From the IMG/VR virus record IMGVR_UViG_2882178878_000003, positions 21,909 to 85,908 of that record: a DNA stretch of 64,000 nucleotides. One strand, 5' to 3'. Below, piece after piece: positions 37,183-49,300 of the stretch; position 1 is the stretch's first letter, and the number at the start of each line of letters is the position of its first letter. The notes beneath the pieces were generated by a model, which saw nothing but the letters and a program-made list of their open reading frames with translations, ran no database searches and was not told the origin of the DNA. Source of the DNA: a virus (Duplodnaviria; Caudoviricetes). A program made the position numbers and the translations under genes.

Positions 37183-40100
37183 ACATGACATTGTTTATTC
37201 CAAACATGAAAGCCATGGATGAGTCGATTGATCAAGTTAACGACAAAATGAAATATTTTGAGGGGAAGGCAAATAGCTTTTCGGCCGCCCTTGCCAAAGA
37301 ACTAAGTAATATTTCAAATATCCAGTTTGATGAGATTGGCGATGCACCTTCGCTCACTCCAAATAATGGCCTTGATTCCCTGAGTCCAGTGGTTCTCCCG
37401 GAGCTTTCTGCGCCCGACATTGCACCCCCTGTGCTTGACCGACAGGATGTGGTTGCATTATCAACACCCGCGCCGCTTGATATTGCGCCACTAAATCTAA
37501 CTATTGAGCAGCCCGTATTGCCCAATCTGGATAATACATTTAATCCGGTAAGTTACACGCCGATTGATGACATTAATCGGATTCAGGCACCTGAAATAAT
37601 TGGCGACATCAAAGCTCCAGTAATGGAGTTGCCAGACTTAAAATCCCCACAAGCACCCGCTCTTGTCAATAAGCCAACTATTAATCTAGATATCGCTGCA
37701 CCCGTATTGCCCAATCTGGATAATGCATTTAATCCTGTTGGCTACACAGCCATTAGTGATATCGCTGGCCTGGAAGCGCCAAGAATTGACACGGAAATTA
37801 AGGGAAGTCATCTAGAGTTGCCGGAATTCAAGACGACACAAGCACCTGCACCACTACAAAGACCAAATGTTAATCTGGATATTGATATCCCAGTGTTACC
37901 TGATCTTCCTAGTCAATTTGCAGAAGTAGCTGAGGATTTTAGCTATGATGCACCATCCATTGAATTTGACACTATTCCTGCCCCACTTAATGACGATGTG
38001 AATTTTACCAGTAAGTTGCCCACACTGGATATTTCAAATTTGATGGGTGCACTGGATTTTACCCTGCCTGACATGCCGGACGTGCCAGTTGGTTTTGATA
38101 TTGCGATGCCAGCTGTGCCAGATATTAATACAGGATCTGCGCCTTTAGCTCCGGCCATTGATACAACCATTAATCTGCCCAGCGCACCTGAACTCAACCT
38201 ACCTGAAATGGAGGCACTTGAGGCAATTGAGTTACCCTCTTTTGAGTTTGAGGGAGTGCCTGAGTTTGATGAGGAAGCACCTGTCTTTGAGATTGATGCA
38301 TCTGTATTTAGTGATATTGACCAGGCGCTGACTGATGCGGTTGAGGTACTATCCAAAGACTACTTTGAGCACAATAAAGATTCAGTCATTAGTCCGTTGA
38401 TGACTGAGATTAAAAATTGGCTTGAAGGTGGTCACCCGGGAACAGGATTGCCTGCATCTGTGGAATCCGCATTATTCAACCGGGCTGTTGACCGCGAAAG
38501 CCAGCAAACCAGACGTGCAGTAAGTGAAGCTGTTAATGAGTGGGCAGCACGTGGTTTCTCTATGCCGCAGGGAATGTTGCAAAAGCAGATTAGCGCTATC
38601 CGTGATGACGCCAGATTAAAATCGGCTGACTTAAACCGTGAAATTATGGTGCAGTCGTTTGACAAGCAGCTTGAACATATTCGCTTCTTAACCACCCAAG
38701 GTATGGCGCTGGAAAAAATGCGTATTGATTTGTGGACTGCCTACACAGCCAACATGATGCAAGTGGTGCAGCTTCAAGTAGAAAGCAAGATAAATATGTT
38801 AAATGCACAAATCAGTTTATTCAATGCTCAAGCCAGTGCATTTGAAACACTGGTGACGATATATAAAACCAAAATCGAAGGAGCAATTGCCAAAATTACA
38901 GCGTATAAAGCGCAGGTTGATGCACAAATGGCAATTGGGCAAATCAACCAGCAAAAAATAGAGATATTCAAAGGCAAAATCGAAGTGGTATTGGCCAATG
39001 TGGACGTTTACAAAGCTTTGATCCAGGGTGAAAGCGCTCGGTCTGATGCGATTAGGAATCAGATTGATGTTTATAAAACTGAAGTATCTGCATATGCCGA
39101 GGAGATGTCCGCCCAAAAGGCCAGAATTGATATTTTTAATGCTCAGGTCAATGCAGAAACTGCCAGAGTGGGCATGTTTGAATCAATATCAAGAAACTAT
39201 GCCACAACTATCCAGGGAATTGGTGTGCAAGCTGATGTCAAGAATAAGCAGCAGGGGCTAATTATGGAGGAGGCGCGGCTAAAATTACAGGAATTTAGCG
39301 CACTCATGGATCTTGAAAAGTCGGAAATATCAACCCGACTGGCGATTGCCCAGAACAATACCAATAATTTTGTCAGGCAGGTCGAGTGGGTTAAGGCGGT
39401 TAGCGATCAAAAGTCAAGGAAGGCCGATCTTGAAATGAAGTCACTGGATGCCAAGCAGCGTACAGTCATTGCCAATGCTGATTTACGCGGCAAGTACGCG
39501 GATATCAATTCTAGAATTATTCTTGCCAATGCAGACATGCAGGGCAAGTACATGGATATTAAGTCGCGTTCTGCAATGGCCAAGCTTGATAGTGAAATGA
39601 AGTACGTCGATATCCAGTCACGTATTGATCTGAGTAACGCTGAAATTGAGGCGAAATATGCAGGCATGGATGTACAGGTCAAGACAGCCAAGCTGGATGC
39701 AGACAGTAAAGCACTGGATGCACAAATCAGGGTGGCTACGGCTAATGCTGATTTACAATCTCGTCACTTGGATAATCTGACTAAAGTTGGGATTGCCAAT
39801 GCCGATGCAAACATCAAAGTCAGTATGGCCAACGCAGAAATGCAGGGTAAATATGCAGATATCAATTCCAGAATGGTGATTTCAGGGGCAGAGTTGCAGG
39901 GCAGGTTTGCCGAGATTCAATCAAGAGTAGCAATGGCCAAGCTTGATAGTGAAATGAAGTACGTCGATATCCAGTCACGTATTGATCTGAGTAACGCCGA
40001 GATTGCAGCCAAGTATGCCGATATGGATATCAAGGCTAAAACTGCCAAGCTGGATGCTGATGGCAAGGTATTGGAGGCCAATGTACGCATTGCAACTGCC

Positions 40101-40793
40101 AATGCTGATGTGCAGGCACGCCATCTGGACAATATCACCAAGGTAGGCATTGCTAATGCCGATGCAGCAGTGAAGGTTGGGGTTGCCAATACTGAGTTGC
40201 AGGGCAAATACGCTGATATTAATGCAAAAATGGCAATGGCTAATATGGACGCACAAAGCCGGTTTGCTGACACCCAATTACGTGCTGCCACAGCACAACT
40301 TGATGCTGATGTTAAATATGCCGATATGGTTAGTCGCGCCAATATTAGTAACGTAGAGGTATCGGCACGGGTGGCAGAAGCCAATTCACGGATTAGTATT
40401 GCCCATACTGATGTGCAGGCTCGTTTTGCTGACATGAAAGCACGTACGAATATTGCTCAGGCTGATACACAGGCCCGGTATGCCGATATGACGACTCGTA
40501 CCGCTATTGCCAATGCAGATATGCAGGCACGTCATAGCGAGGCTAACGCACGTATTAATATTGCCAATGCCGAGATGGCGCTTAAGCAGTGGGATATCAA
40601 GTCACAGCGTTCATTCCAGAAAACCCAGTTGGCTATTGAAGCAGCCAAGGCCATGGGGCAGTATACGGCACAGCTTGCCGCAGGTGCTATGTCTGCTATG
40701 CATGTATCAGCCAGCATTAGTAGTAGTGCCTCACAATCACAAAGCTTAAGCAGCAGCTCATCCGAAAGCGAAAGCCATAACTATAATTACTAA
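37179..40793 (+). CDS. Pro-rich plus long coiled-coil virion/ejection protein
   Basis: 63-aa Pro-rich repeats, then 18-residue helical repeats with a 119-aa duplicated unit. Confidence 0.65.
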   Translation: MNMTLFIPNMKAMDESIDQVNDKMKYFEGKANSFSAALAKELSNISNIQFDEIGDAPSLTPNNGLDSLSPVVLPELSAPDIAPPVLDRQDVVALSTPAPLDIAPLNLTIEQPVLPNLDNTFNPVSYTPIDDINRIQAPEIIGDIKAPVMELPDLKSPQAPALVNKPTINLDIAAPVLPNLDNAFNPVGYTAISDIAGLEAPRIDTEIKGSHLELPEFKTTQAPAPLQRPNVNLDIDIPVLPDLPSQFAEVAEDFSYDAPSIEFDTIPAPLNDDVNFTSKLPTLDISNLMGALDFTLPDMPDVPVGFDIAMPAVPDINTGSAPLAPAIDTTINLPSAPELNLPEMEALEAIELPSFEFEGVPEFDEEAPVFEIDASVFSDIDQALTDAVEVLSKDYFEHNKDSVISPLMTEIKNWLEGGHPGTGLPASVESALFNRAVDRESQQTRRAVSEAVNEWAARGFSMPQGMLQKQISAIRDDARLKSADLNREIMVQSFDKQLEHIRFLTTQGMALEKMRIDLWTAYTANMMQVVQLQVESKINMLNAQISLFNAQASAFETLVTIYKTKIEGAIAKITAYKAQVDAQMAIGQINQQKIEIFKGKIEVVLANVDVYKALIQGESARSDAIRNQIDVYKTEVSAYAEEMSAQKARIDIFNAQVNAETARVGMFESISRNYATTIQGIGVQADVKNKQQGLIMEEARLKLQEFSALMDLEKSEISTRLAIAQNNTNNFVRQVEWVKAVSDQKSRKADLEMKSLDAKQRTVIANADLRGKYADINSRIILANADMQGKYMDIKSRSAMAKLDSEMKYVDIQSRIDLSNAEIEAKYAGMDVQVKTAKLDADSKALDAQIRVATANADLQSRHLDNLTKVGIANADANIKVSMANAEMQGKYADINSRMVISGAELQGRFAEIQSRVAMAKLDSEMKYVDIQSRIDLSNAEIAAKYADMDIKAKTAKLDADGKVLEANVRIATANADVQARHLDNITKVGIANADAAVKVGVANTELQGKYADINAKMAMANMDAQSRFADTQLRAATAQLDADVKYADMVSRANISNVEVSARVAEANSRISIAHTDVQARFADMKARTNIAQADTQARYADMTTRTAIANADMQARHSEANARINIANAEMALKQWDIKSQRSFQKTQLAIEAAKAMGQYTAQLAAGAMSAMHVSASISSSASQSQSLSSSSSESESHNYNY

Positions 40794-40835
40794 CCCCTGT
40801 AAGGCTGGTCACGGATCAGCCTTCTGCGCAAGCAT
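40794..40835 (+). promoter_or_regulatory. Late promoter motif copy 7
   Basis: CCCCTGTAAGG at 40794-40804; AAGCAT at +26. Confidence 0.7.
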
Positions 40836-40868
40836 ACGGCATTGTAATTATCAACAGAGTCGTATGCC

Positions 40869-42887
40869 ATGCGTGGATTTCAGCCTAAAAACAAGCGCAA
40901 TCAGGAAGCGGAGCAACCACAACCCGGGCTGGGTATGATCCGTGGTAAAGGTACGGGTACTTCCGATAGTATTAAAGCGCAGGTACCAACAGGCAGCTAT
41001 ATTATGCCTGCCGATTCCACGGAACAGATTGGTGGTGAGAATCTGGCAGGCCTCGGATTTAAGCCACGTAATGTGCCGGTCAATGTCAGTAATGGTGAGT
41101 TTGGCCTATCGCCTGAGCAGGTACATGCGGTAGGTGTGCAGGCACTGGATCAAATGAAAGATGCCACGCACACGCCAGTTGCTAAAGGGTTCAGCCCACA
41201 ACGGGAAGATGCGTTATTTTTTGCTGATGGTGGGTTGGTTGATCCGAATGACCCAAGATATAAGCAACAAATGACGTTGCGAAATAATCAGCAAATGACG
41301 TTGCGAAATAATCAGCAAATGGCGTTGCGAAATAATCAGCAAATGGCGACACGACAAGCACTCGCAACAACCAACCCTGTCCAGCCAAATACCATGCGAA
41401 CTGTGACACCACTTCCCAATCCGCCAACCCCCAGCTTACCGCCACCTCAGGCGCAAGTAGCGGCACAAACTGCAACCCAAGGTTCAAATGCGGCCACAGC
41501 AAGTGGTGGATTTGGAACCAGAACACTAGGACGCATTGCAAGTGGTGCAAAAGGCCTAGGCGCCTTTCATTTAGCAGCATCCGGACTGGGTGGGGCGATT
41601 GCAGGCTTTGATACCCCAACTTCACAATATGCTGAGCGTATGGGGCTAGATCCCAATAAAGACTATGGCACAGCGGCAGAGCTTGGAATCCGGGCTGCAG
41701 GCGTGATGTCAGATGTGGGCAATGCAGCATCTTTTGGCATATTGGGACGCAGGTTCCCTGATAAACAGCGCATTGAAGCCCAGAATGAAGGCTTGGCACA
41801 GCAACAACGCTATGCTGCATGGAACGCCGCCAAAACCAATGCAGGTGGATCAGATAAAACCACTTCAAATCCTTTTGATCAGCCAGCTACAGGGCAGCCA
41901 GCAACCCAGTCCGTTCAAGCGCCTACTGGTACACCACAGGCGCGCGACAATAATGTCACGAAAGTGGGTAATAGCTATTCTGGCAATAATATTAGCAATG
42001 GCTTTACGGTGAATGGCCAGGTATTTGATCCTGCTAAGGGTAGTTTAAATCCACAAGCCAACAGTCCGCAAAATCAGCAGGCCGTAAAAAACCTGTTGGA
42101 CAGAACGCCAGAATTTGGTGGCGGGTTTAGCACTGAATCTTATCAGCAATCCCTGCGGAATGCCGCAGCGCAGGCCAGTCAAATTAATGCAGCCCAGCAA
42201 CTACAGGCGCGACAGTACGATGAGCGCCAGCGCATTGAAAACGACCTGCGTATGGCGCAGGCCAAGGCGGGATTTTACTCACAAGGCAGAGGACCTACAA
42301 AAGCTGAACGTGATGAAATTGCTGGGCTTCGCGGGCAACTCGCTGGTGTGGCTGCTCAGGGTTACGATCAGTTCAAGAACGAGGCCAACAACAACGCGGC
42401 ATTGCAGCGTCAACAATCGCAGGATCAGGCAGCACTGGAAAGAGTTAATGCACAGGAGCAAGGCGCCAATTATCGTAACGATACCAGCAACATGACCGAA
42501 CGCGAGAAATTCTTGGCGAATAATGATCTGGAAAACCGCAAGTTTGCCAGTGATGAGCAAGCGCGGGCGGGGCAGGTTGCGCAGCAACAGCGAATGGCTA
42601 GGTTGTATCAGCAATATGACGCTGCAAAAACCCCTGAGGAAAAGAGCGCCGCCCTCAAAGAGTTGCAGGCCATAACCGGACAAGGCAGTTCCAAGGATCG
42701 CTACATGACGGTGGCAGGTGGCCAAACTGCTGACATCAATGGCGTTACCAGAAATCCGGATATATTGTTTGATACACAGACTGGCCAGCCGGTACAAATG
42801 CAGCAGCAGGGCTTGCCTGTAGGAACCGTTTCAACAGTAGGGAATAAGAAGGCTATTTGGGATGGGTCAAAGTGGATTCCACAATAA
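40869..42887 (+). CDS. Internal virion/ejection protein (probable)
   Basis: GKGTGTSDSI...NVSNGEF motif; Gln/Ala-rich; upstream of the giant injected protein. Confidence 0.6.
   Translation: MRGFQPKNKRNQEAEQPQPGLGMIRGKGTGTSDSIKAQVPTGSYIMPADSTEQIGGENLAGLGFKPRNVPVNVSNGEFGLSPEQVHAVGVQALDQMKDATHTPVAKGFSPQREDALFFADGGLVDPNDPRYKQQMTLRNNQQMTLRNNQQMALRNNQQMATRQALATTNPVQPNTMRTVTPLPNPPTPSLPPPQAQVAAQTATQGSNAATASGGFGTRTLGRIASGAKGLGAFHLAASGLGGAIAGFDTPTSQYAERMGLDPNKDYGTAAELGIRAAGVMSDVGNAASFGILGRRFPDKQRIEAQNEGLAQQQRYAAWNAAKTNAGGSDKTTSNPFDQPATGQPATQSVQAPTGTPQARDNNVTKVGNSYSGNNISNGFTVNGQVFDPAKGSLNPQANSPQNQQAVKNLLDRTPEFGGGFSTESYQQSLRNAAAQASQINAAQQLQARQYDERQRIENDLRMAQAKAGFYSQGRGPTKAERDEIAGLRGQLAGVAAQGYDQFKNEANNNAALQRQQSQDQAALERVNAQEQGANYRNDTSNMTEREKFLANNDLENRKFASDEQARAGQVAQQQRMARLYQQYDAAKTPEEKSAALKELQAITGQGSSKDRYMTVAGGQTADINGVTRNPDILFDTQTGQPVQMQQQGLPVGTVSTVGNKKAIWDGSKWIPQ
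41265..41348 (+). repeat. 24-bp tandem repeat (3.5 copies; QQM(T/A)LRNN)
   Basis: CA(A/G)CAAATG(A/G)CGTTGCGAAATAAT starts at 41265, 41289 and 41313, with a partial copy at 41337. Confidence 0.9.
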
Positions 42888-42933
42888 CCAGATACCTATT
42901 ATGTGGATTGATTATAGCTACCACTCAAAGTGG

Positions 42934-43260
42934 CTATAATCCCCATTTTTCCCATGCTTTATTTGAAATCAAACCGTGATCAAGAATTTTAATGGAGCTG
43001 GTCTTTTTCATTTCTTCCAAATTTTTTCTATATAAACTCATATATTTAAAATATTCAAGCACCTGCCTATCACCATCAATATAATCTATGTAGTAATCAC
43101 CGTGTCCTTTAATTGTTAAATGAGGGTGAGTGATTCTCTGTAAGTGATTTCTAACTAAATGGAAATCGCGTGGTGTATTTCTACGGTCAAACCAGAAAAT
43201 AATATAAAACGCTGTGGCTGTCAGGCTAATTAGCCCCAGATTATATAAAAGTTCATGCAT
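42934..43260 (-). CDS. Small membrane-anchored protein, antisense to the late genes
   Basis: 108 aa with an N-terminal TM segment (LGLISLTATAFYIIFWF); AT-rich. Confidence 0.65.
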   Translation of the reverse strand: MHELLYNLGLISLTATAFYIIFWFDRRNTPRDFHLVRNHLQRITHPHLTIKGHGDYYIDYIDGDRQVLEYFKYMSLYRKNLEEMKKTSSIKILDHGLISNKAWEKWGL

Positions 43261-43273
43261 GTCAGACCTCTAT

Positions 43274-43315
43274 CCCCTGTAGGGTTAGACCTCCATGTGT
43301 TGGTAATAGCAATAT
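43274..43315 (+). promoter_or_regulatory. Late promoter motif copy 8
   Basis: CCCCTGTAGGG at 43274-43284; TAGACC at +2; CAATAT at +26. Confidence 0.75.
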
Positions 43316-43339
43316 ATGACATATCTTTAGGAGTATGTC

Positions 43340-46300
43340 ATGTCTGATTCTAAAATTGACTGGAGCAAGGGCACTTTAACTCAACCAGCAAACCCCGAAA
43401 ATAATAATGAAGCCATTGATTGGAATAACGGCACTTTAACCCATCCTGATGAGATCCCAGTAAAAAAGAATAAGGGTATAGTTGGTCATCTTCAAGATAC
43501 TGCCGCTTCCCTTGCTTCGGGTCTGGCATCAGTGCCAGATATGGCTGTTGGCGTTGCCGATATGTACACCGAAGGGCGTGCAGGCAAGGCAATAGATGAT
43601 ACTGGCGTTTATAAAATGGGTGAAGCCAGTAAATACTGGCAGGACAAAAAAACCGATATTGCCAAAGAACAGGATATAACCCGCCAAAGCACCGAGGGGA
43701 TCTGGAACAAAACCAAATATGTTTTGGAAAACCCCTCACAAATTACCAATGCAGTAGTGGAGTCAGCACCTTCAATTCTGGCAGGTGGGGTTGCCGGGCG
43801 CATATCCAAAATTGCCAATCCGTTGGTGGCTGGTGCAGTTGGCGAAGGGATAGTGGGCGCCGGTGCACAGGCCGAAAATATCCGGCAACAAACCAATGAC
43901 GGCTTGCTGGATAATGGCCAGCAAGCCGCTGCTGCGGGAACTGGCGCTTTAACGTCCCTGTTTAGCATGGCTGGCGGTAAGCTGGCGCAAAAAATGGGGA
44001 TTGGTGATGTTGATACTTTGCTAACCCGAGGTCATGCCACACCAGCACAAGTTGCAGGTGAAATCGCATCCATGCCTGCAAAGAGTTTACCGCGTAAAGT
44101 GATTGAAGGTGCAATCTCAGAAGGCTTTTTGGAAGAATTGCCGCAGTCAGTATCTGAGCAGATCATTCAAAATCTGGCACTAGATAAGCCATGGCATGAA
44201 GGGGTTGAAGATGCTGCCGTCATGGGAACACTGGCAGGCATGGCAATGGGTGGCGGTATCGCACCTTTCCATGGCAACCCACCCACCAGCCCATCTGGAC
44301 AGGACAATAGTCTGCCACCTGAAAACCCTAATAATCCATTAGCACCATTACCAGCACCAGCAGGAAATGATCTTGGCAGCACCCCCATGGAAGGTGAATA
44401 TATTCCCAGGCCCAATAGCCAAGATCCAGCACAGGCGGGGCGCACACCAGAAACGGTAGACGGAACAGCAACAGAATGGTTTGACCGTGAGCGCCTGCAA
44501 AATGCACCAGCCAATACCTCACCTGATTTACTGACTGGTATTGAAAACCAGCCTGAGGCATTTGATGCACCAGCAAATCCAGCCTTGCCAGCCCCATCAA
44601 TTGAGCCAGCCAAACCCTCAGAACAATTAGGCCTTGACCCCAATGCAGGTTCACTATCCGCTGCTGCTGCTTTGGCCGTAGATAGTGGCGCTTCACCACA
44701 TATTACTAACCCAGATACAGCAATCAATCAGGTGGATGAGTCGGCACAGGCAGCGGGTGATCTCACAAAACCACGCACCACTGCTGATGACATCAAGAAT
44801 GGCTTTAACGCTTTGGCTGGTGGCGCTGTTGATGCCATGGTGGAACGCACCAGTGATTTATTGCAAGCGGGGCAAGATGTAACCTTTTACAAGCCTGATT
44901 CCATTGCCAGCGCCCTGCAAAATCCCAACTATCATGTACAGCAAAATGAGGACGGTTCAGCAACAGTGCTAGGCGCACTTGATCCACGCACGAATGAATG
45001 GATAGGTCAGGCACCAGCCCAGCCAGATACATCACAACAAATTACCCCAGCGGATAATGGTCAGGACATTAATACTTCTCGACAGCGCAGCAATACGAAC
45101 CGAACTAACGAGCAGGTAATGGATGATGCATTGGCTGCGGTGCAACGAACCAAAGATAAATTAAATGATCCTTCTCGCTATCCTGAACTGCATACCGAGC
45201 AAGCAATCAATGAGCGCAAGGACTATGAACTGCCCGGTGGCTATGTACGCTCGCTTGCAGATCAGCTATCTAGTGGTGAGGCAGTTGAGGCGAATAATAG
45301 CCGCCGCGCCAATATATTTTTAAATAATCCAAATTTTAATGCTGCCAAGAATGAAGATGGCGTAGTAGCTGTTCTAGGGATTAAGCATCCTGATACCGGT
45401 GAATGGGTAGGTCGGGCACCCGAGCAGACCACCACAAGCAATCCGGCTGCTGCAGCGCAATCACCAGCAGCACAGGAGCAATCCCCGCAAGCACCAACAC
45501 TCACCAGCGAATACGCCCCCGGTTCTGTACCGCATGCGCGTGATATTGCCACACAAGCATTAGAGCAATACAGCGGCGATACCACAGGTTTAACTGACAA
45601 AGGCCAGTCATTAACCAGCCATAGCCCTGCTGCTGATCTTATTTACTACAAAAATTCCCCATCCTTTAGCAATGTAGAAGTGCAGGATGCTGGTGATAAG
45701 GCAGTCGTGCAACTAACCAATGCCAAAACCGGTGCAGTTGAAACCCGTGACTATCCGCAAAGTCTGGTTGGCTTTAATCAGTTTTTAGATGGCGGTCAGG
45801 CTGAAACTACCCCCGCACAGGCAAGCAGTGCAACTACTGCACAGCCAACAGAAAGCAATCAGGTTGAGCAGCTAGAACAGCAGCTTGCTGATACTAAAAA
45901 CGTGGCGCAAAAGGCACAGCTACGCAAACAGATTAATGAATTAAAGGTACAGCAGGGTGAGCAGGCTGCACCGGTACTTGGTGCTGATGGCAATAATAAA
46001 TGGTTTGGAAGCCAGCAAAAGGCACAAGGCTTTATTGATAAAAATAAACTTGATGATACTCACCAGGTTGTACAGACTGAAAAGAACCGTTTTGAGATTC
46101 AGCCTAAACAGCCTGCTACGCAGAACGTACAAGATGCGCCGCAGAGTGTAGAGCCAGCAGTACAACAGCAAAATGCAGAAGTACCAAACCCGTATAAAGA
46201 GAATCAATTACGGGCCAATGTGCGAAACATTAACACCCAGGTAAGCAGCAATGCGAAAGATGCTACTACAAGACCACAAGCCTTTAACCAGGAAGTGCAG

Positions 46301-49300
46301 AAGCAATACCCAGGTCTATATGCACGCGCAGAAGCATTAGCTAAAACAGCAAAGACCACGCCAGCAGGCCGCCGTGGTAATACTCAATTTTCAAGTCTAA
46401 GTTTTGATGGTGATAAAACATATCAATCTGGCGACCCGTACCCAAAAAAGCCAACAAAAGACGAAGTTTTACAGCAAGCAATCTGGCATCTGTCACAAGA
46501 TGATAAAAACAATGAATCTCATGCTTGGGATAATTTAGATGAACAGCAAAAAACCGAAGTTTTAAAGCGTGCTGGTTGGAAAACTAACGCAGGCGGCCTA
46601 AATGTTATCGGTAAGAAATTACTGAAACAAAATTCTACTGCTGTTAATACTGAAACAATGAAAATCATTGAACGCAATATGCCTGGGAACCAGGGAGTAC
46701 AGCAGCAGTCAGTCAAGCCAGCATCTACCGATGCCAAGTCGATGACAGAAGCCGAATTTGATCAGGCTATGAACAGCGAGGCTGGTGCAAGGTCATTAGT
46801 CGATAAGGGTATCAGTGCCGGGTTATTCACCCAGCAGGATATAGATACCGTTACCAATGGAAACTTTGCAGCAGGCTGGACACAGCTAGACCAAAACGAC
46901 AGTCTTAAGTCCCTGTTTAAATCCAAAGGGCTGATTCAAGGGCAGGCACAGCAACCCGCCCAACAAGGTACAGCTAAACCCAAGACCGTCACCACCTCAT
47001 CTGGCAAACAGATTGAGGTGCGCTTCAAGGTGGTGGAGGCATCAGAGCTTGGCACGTCACACACTGGCAATGGTGCAATCAATCCGGCATACCCACAGGA
47101 ATTACAGCCGCGTGACCGTTCACGTTCAGCATCCATCAACCAGATTAATGACATTGCCGCCAACCTAAACCCGCACATGCTTGGCGATAGCCCCACGGTG
47201 ACTGATGGCGCCCCAATTGTATCGAGTGACAATATCGTAGAAAGCGGCAACGGACGCACCCTGGCAATTACCAAAGCCTACCAGACTGGACGCGGCGAAG
47301 CATACAGACAGCATTTGCGTGATGCGGGTTATGACGTTAACGGTATGCAGCAGCCGGTGCTGGTGCGCGAGCGCGTCACTCCCATGACCATGCAGGAGCG
47401 TATTGAGTACACCGGCGAAGCCAATCAGCGCAACACATTGGGGTTAAGCGTATCTGAGCAAGCCGAACAGGATGCCAAGAAGTTAAGCAGCCGTGTGACC
47501 AGCCTGTATCGCGGCGGGGATATTAATTCACCCACCAATACGCCATTCATTAAGGCGCTGATGAATGAAGTGGTACCGCAGTCCGAGCATGGCAACATGC
47601 AACAAAAGGACGGACAGCTATCACAAGATGGTAGGCGTCGGATTCAAGCGGCGCTACTGCAAAAAGCCTACGGCGATTCTGCCTTAGTGACCGAAGTATT
47701 TGAAAGCACTGATACCGAGATTGCTTCCATTGGTAAAGCCTTGCTGGATGTGGCCGGCGAATGGGCATTGATGCGTGATGGCGTGCAAAATGGCGAGCTG
47801 CTACAGGACGTTGATGTTACCGCTAACCTGATGGAGGCAGTGCGTATTGTGCAAAAAGCGCGAGCCGAGCGCCGTTCAATTGCCGAAGTAGCAAGACAGG
47901 ATGATATATTTAGTGGCACTATTGACCCGGTAACAGAGGGCTGGTTGTCGGTATTTTATCGGGGCGATCATTTCAACAGAGCCAGAAGCCGCGAGAAGGT
48001 ATCAGGTGCTCTGTCTTATTATGTAGGTCAGGCCAGCCTATCAACCAAGGGTGAGAATCTGCTGGGTGAAACCGCCCCCGGTGGACGTGAAATTTTAGGA
48101 GCGACCAATGAGCGAACCAGAAAGCAAGAACAAGACACGCAACAAGACATCTTCAGCAGCCCGCGAGCTAATGAATCGAACCCTGCTGAATCTGGCAGAG
48201 CAGGACAAGGACGTACCACTGAAAAACAGAATGAAGAAGCAGCTAAGCCAGAAGTAGGGCGGGAAAAATCTGATGTTCAGGTAATGTCAGAAAATAAAGG
48301 GGATATTGCAGAGGATATTGCCAGAGAAATCCAGCGCGTCAATCGGCTAAAGCAGTCGATAAGAAAGCAAGGCAAGCAAACATCATTACAAGCAGACAGA
48401 AGTAAAGTAGCTAAAAAGTGGGGGTTAAATCCTGTAGGTTGGGGTAAGTTCGATATTGTTTTTGGTGCAGCAGTATTAGCTGACGTGGCTGCTGGCTTTG
48501 ATTCAAATGCGAGTTTTGAGCAGTTAAAGGCTGCTGCAATCAAAAAAATTGATGAGCTTGTTGAAGCTAAAGCAAAAGAGGGAGTCGCCGTTAAAGCGCC
48601 CGATACACATGCAGGCGTTAGTCCTGCCTCATTTAAGGCACTGCAAGACTTGCGACTGGCACCGCACCCTAAAACCCTCGAGGGACTGCTGGAACAGTAT
48701 GAACAAACTCGTGATGCTGCCAATCAGATAGCCGCCGAAGCCACTGATCCGGCAGTAAGCAAGGCGTATAGACAGCAAGCCGATATGTATGAGGCAGAAG
48801 CTCGAATCGTAAGGAGTGAGCTGGGCACAAAAAAACAGGAACAAACTGAAAACAGTAAGCCAGACCTGGTAGAAGAAATCCAGTCGATGAGCCTGGATGA
48901 TATTTCTGCCTTGTTTGATGAAGTGGCGCAGGAAAATAACGCGGTTGAAACCAGTAAGCCAAAAGCTAAACGTAGCACTAAAGGCAAAACTGCTACAGGC
49001 AAACCACGGCCAAAGCCAAAGGAAGCCCAAGCTGAAAAGATTGATCCTGAAAACAAAGAGGACACCAAGCGTACCGCAAGCGCGATTGCAAAAGACATTG
49101 GTGCAAACCTAAGTGACGCTGGTTTAAATGCGCTGGATGGCTTAGCCAAGCTGTTTGGTGGCAATGGCAAGATGAATAGCGGCCTATCATTTGATGAGGA
49201 CACCTACGCCAAAGCCAAGCCGCATTTTGTGCAATCAGCCAAAAGCACCATTGAGGCAGGCAAGAACCTAAAAGACTTAATCCGCGCCCTGATTAATGCG

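Noticed and set aside
25651-40793. Diversity-generating retroelement, as in some related podoviruses
   Set aside because: No reverse transcriptase ORF and no template/variable repeat pair differing at adenines was seen.
42908-42941. GTGGATTG next to an inverted repeat as a second CRISPR-like unit
   Set aside because: The order is wrong and there is no GTCGC stem; it is better explained as a bidirectional terminator between convergent genes.
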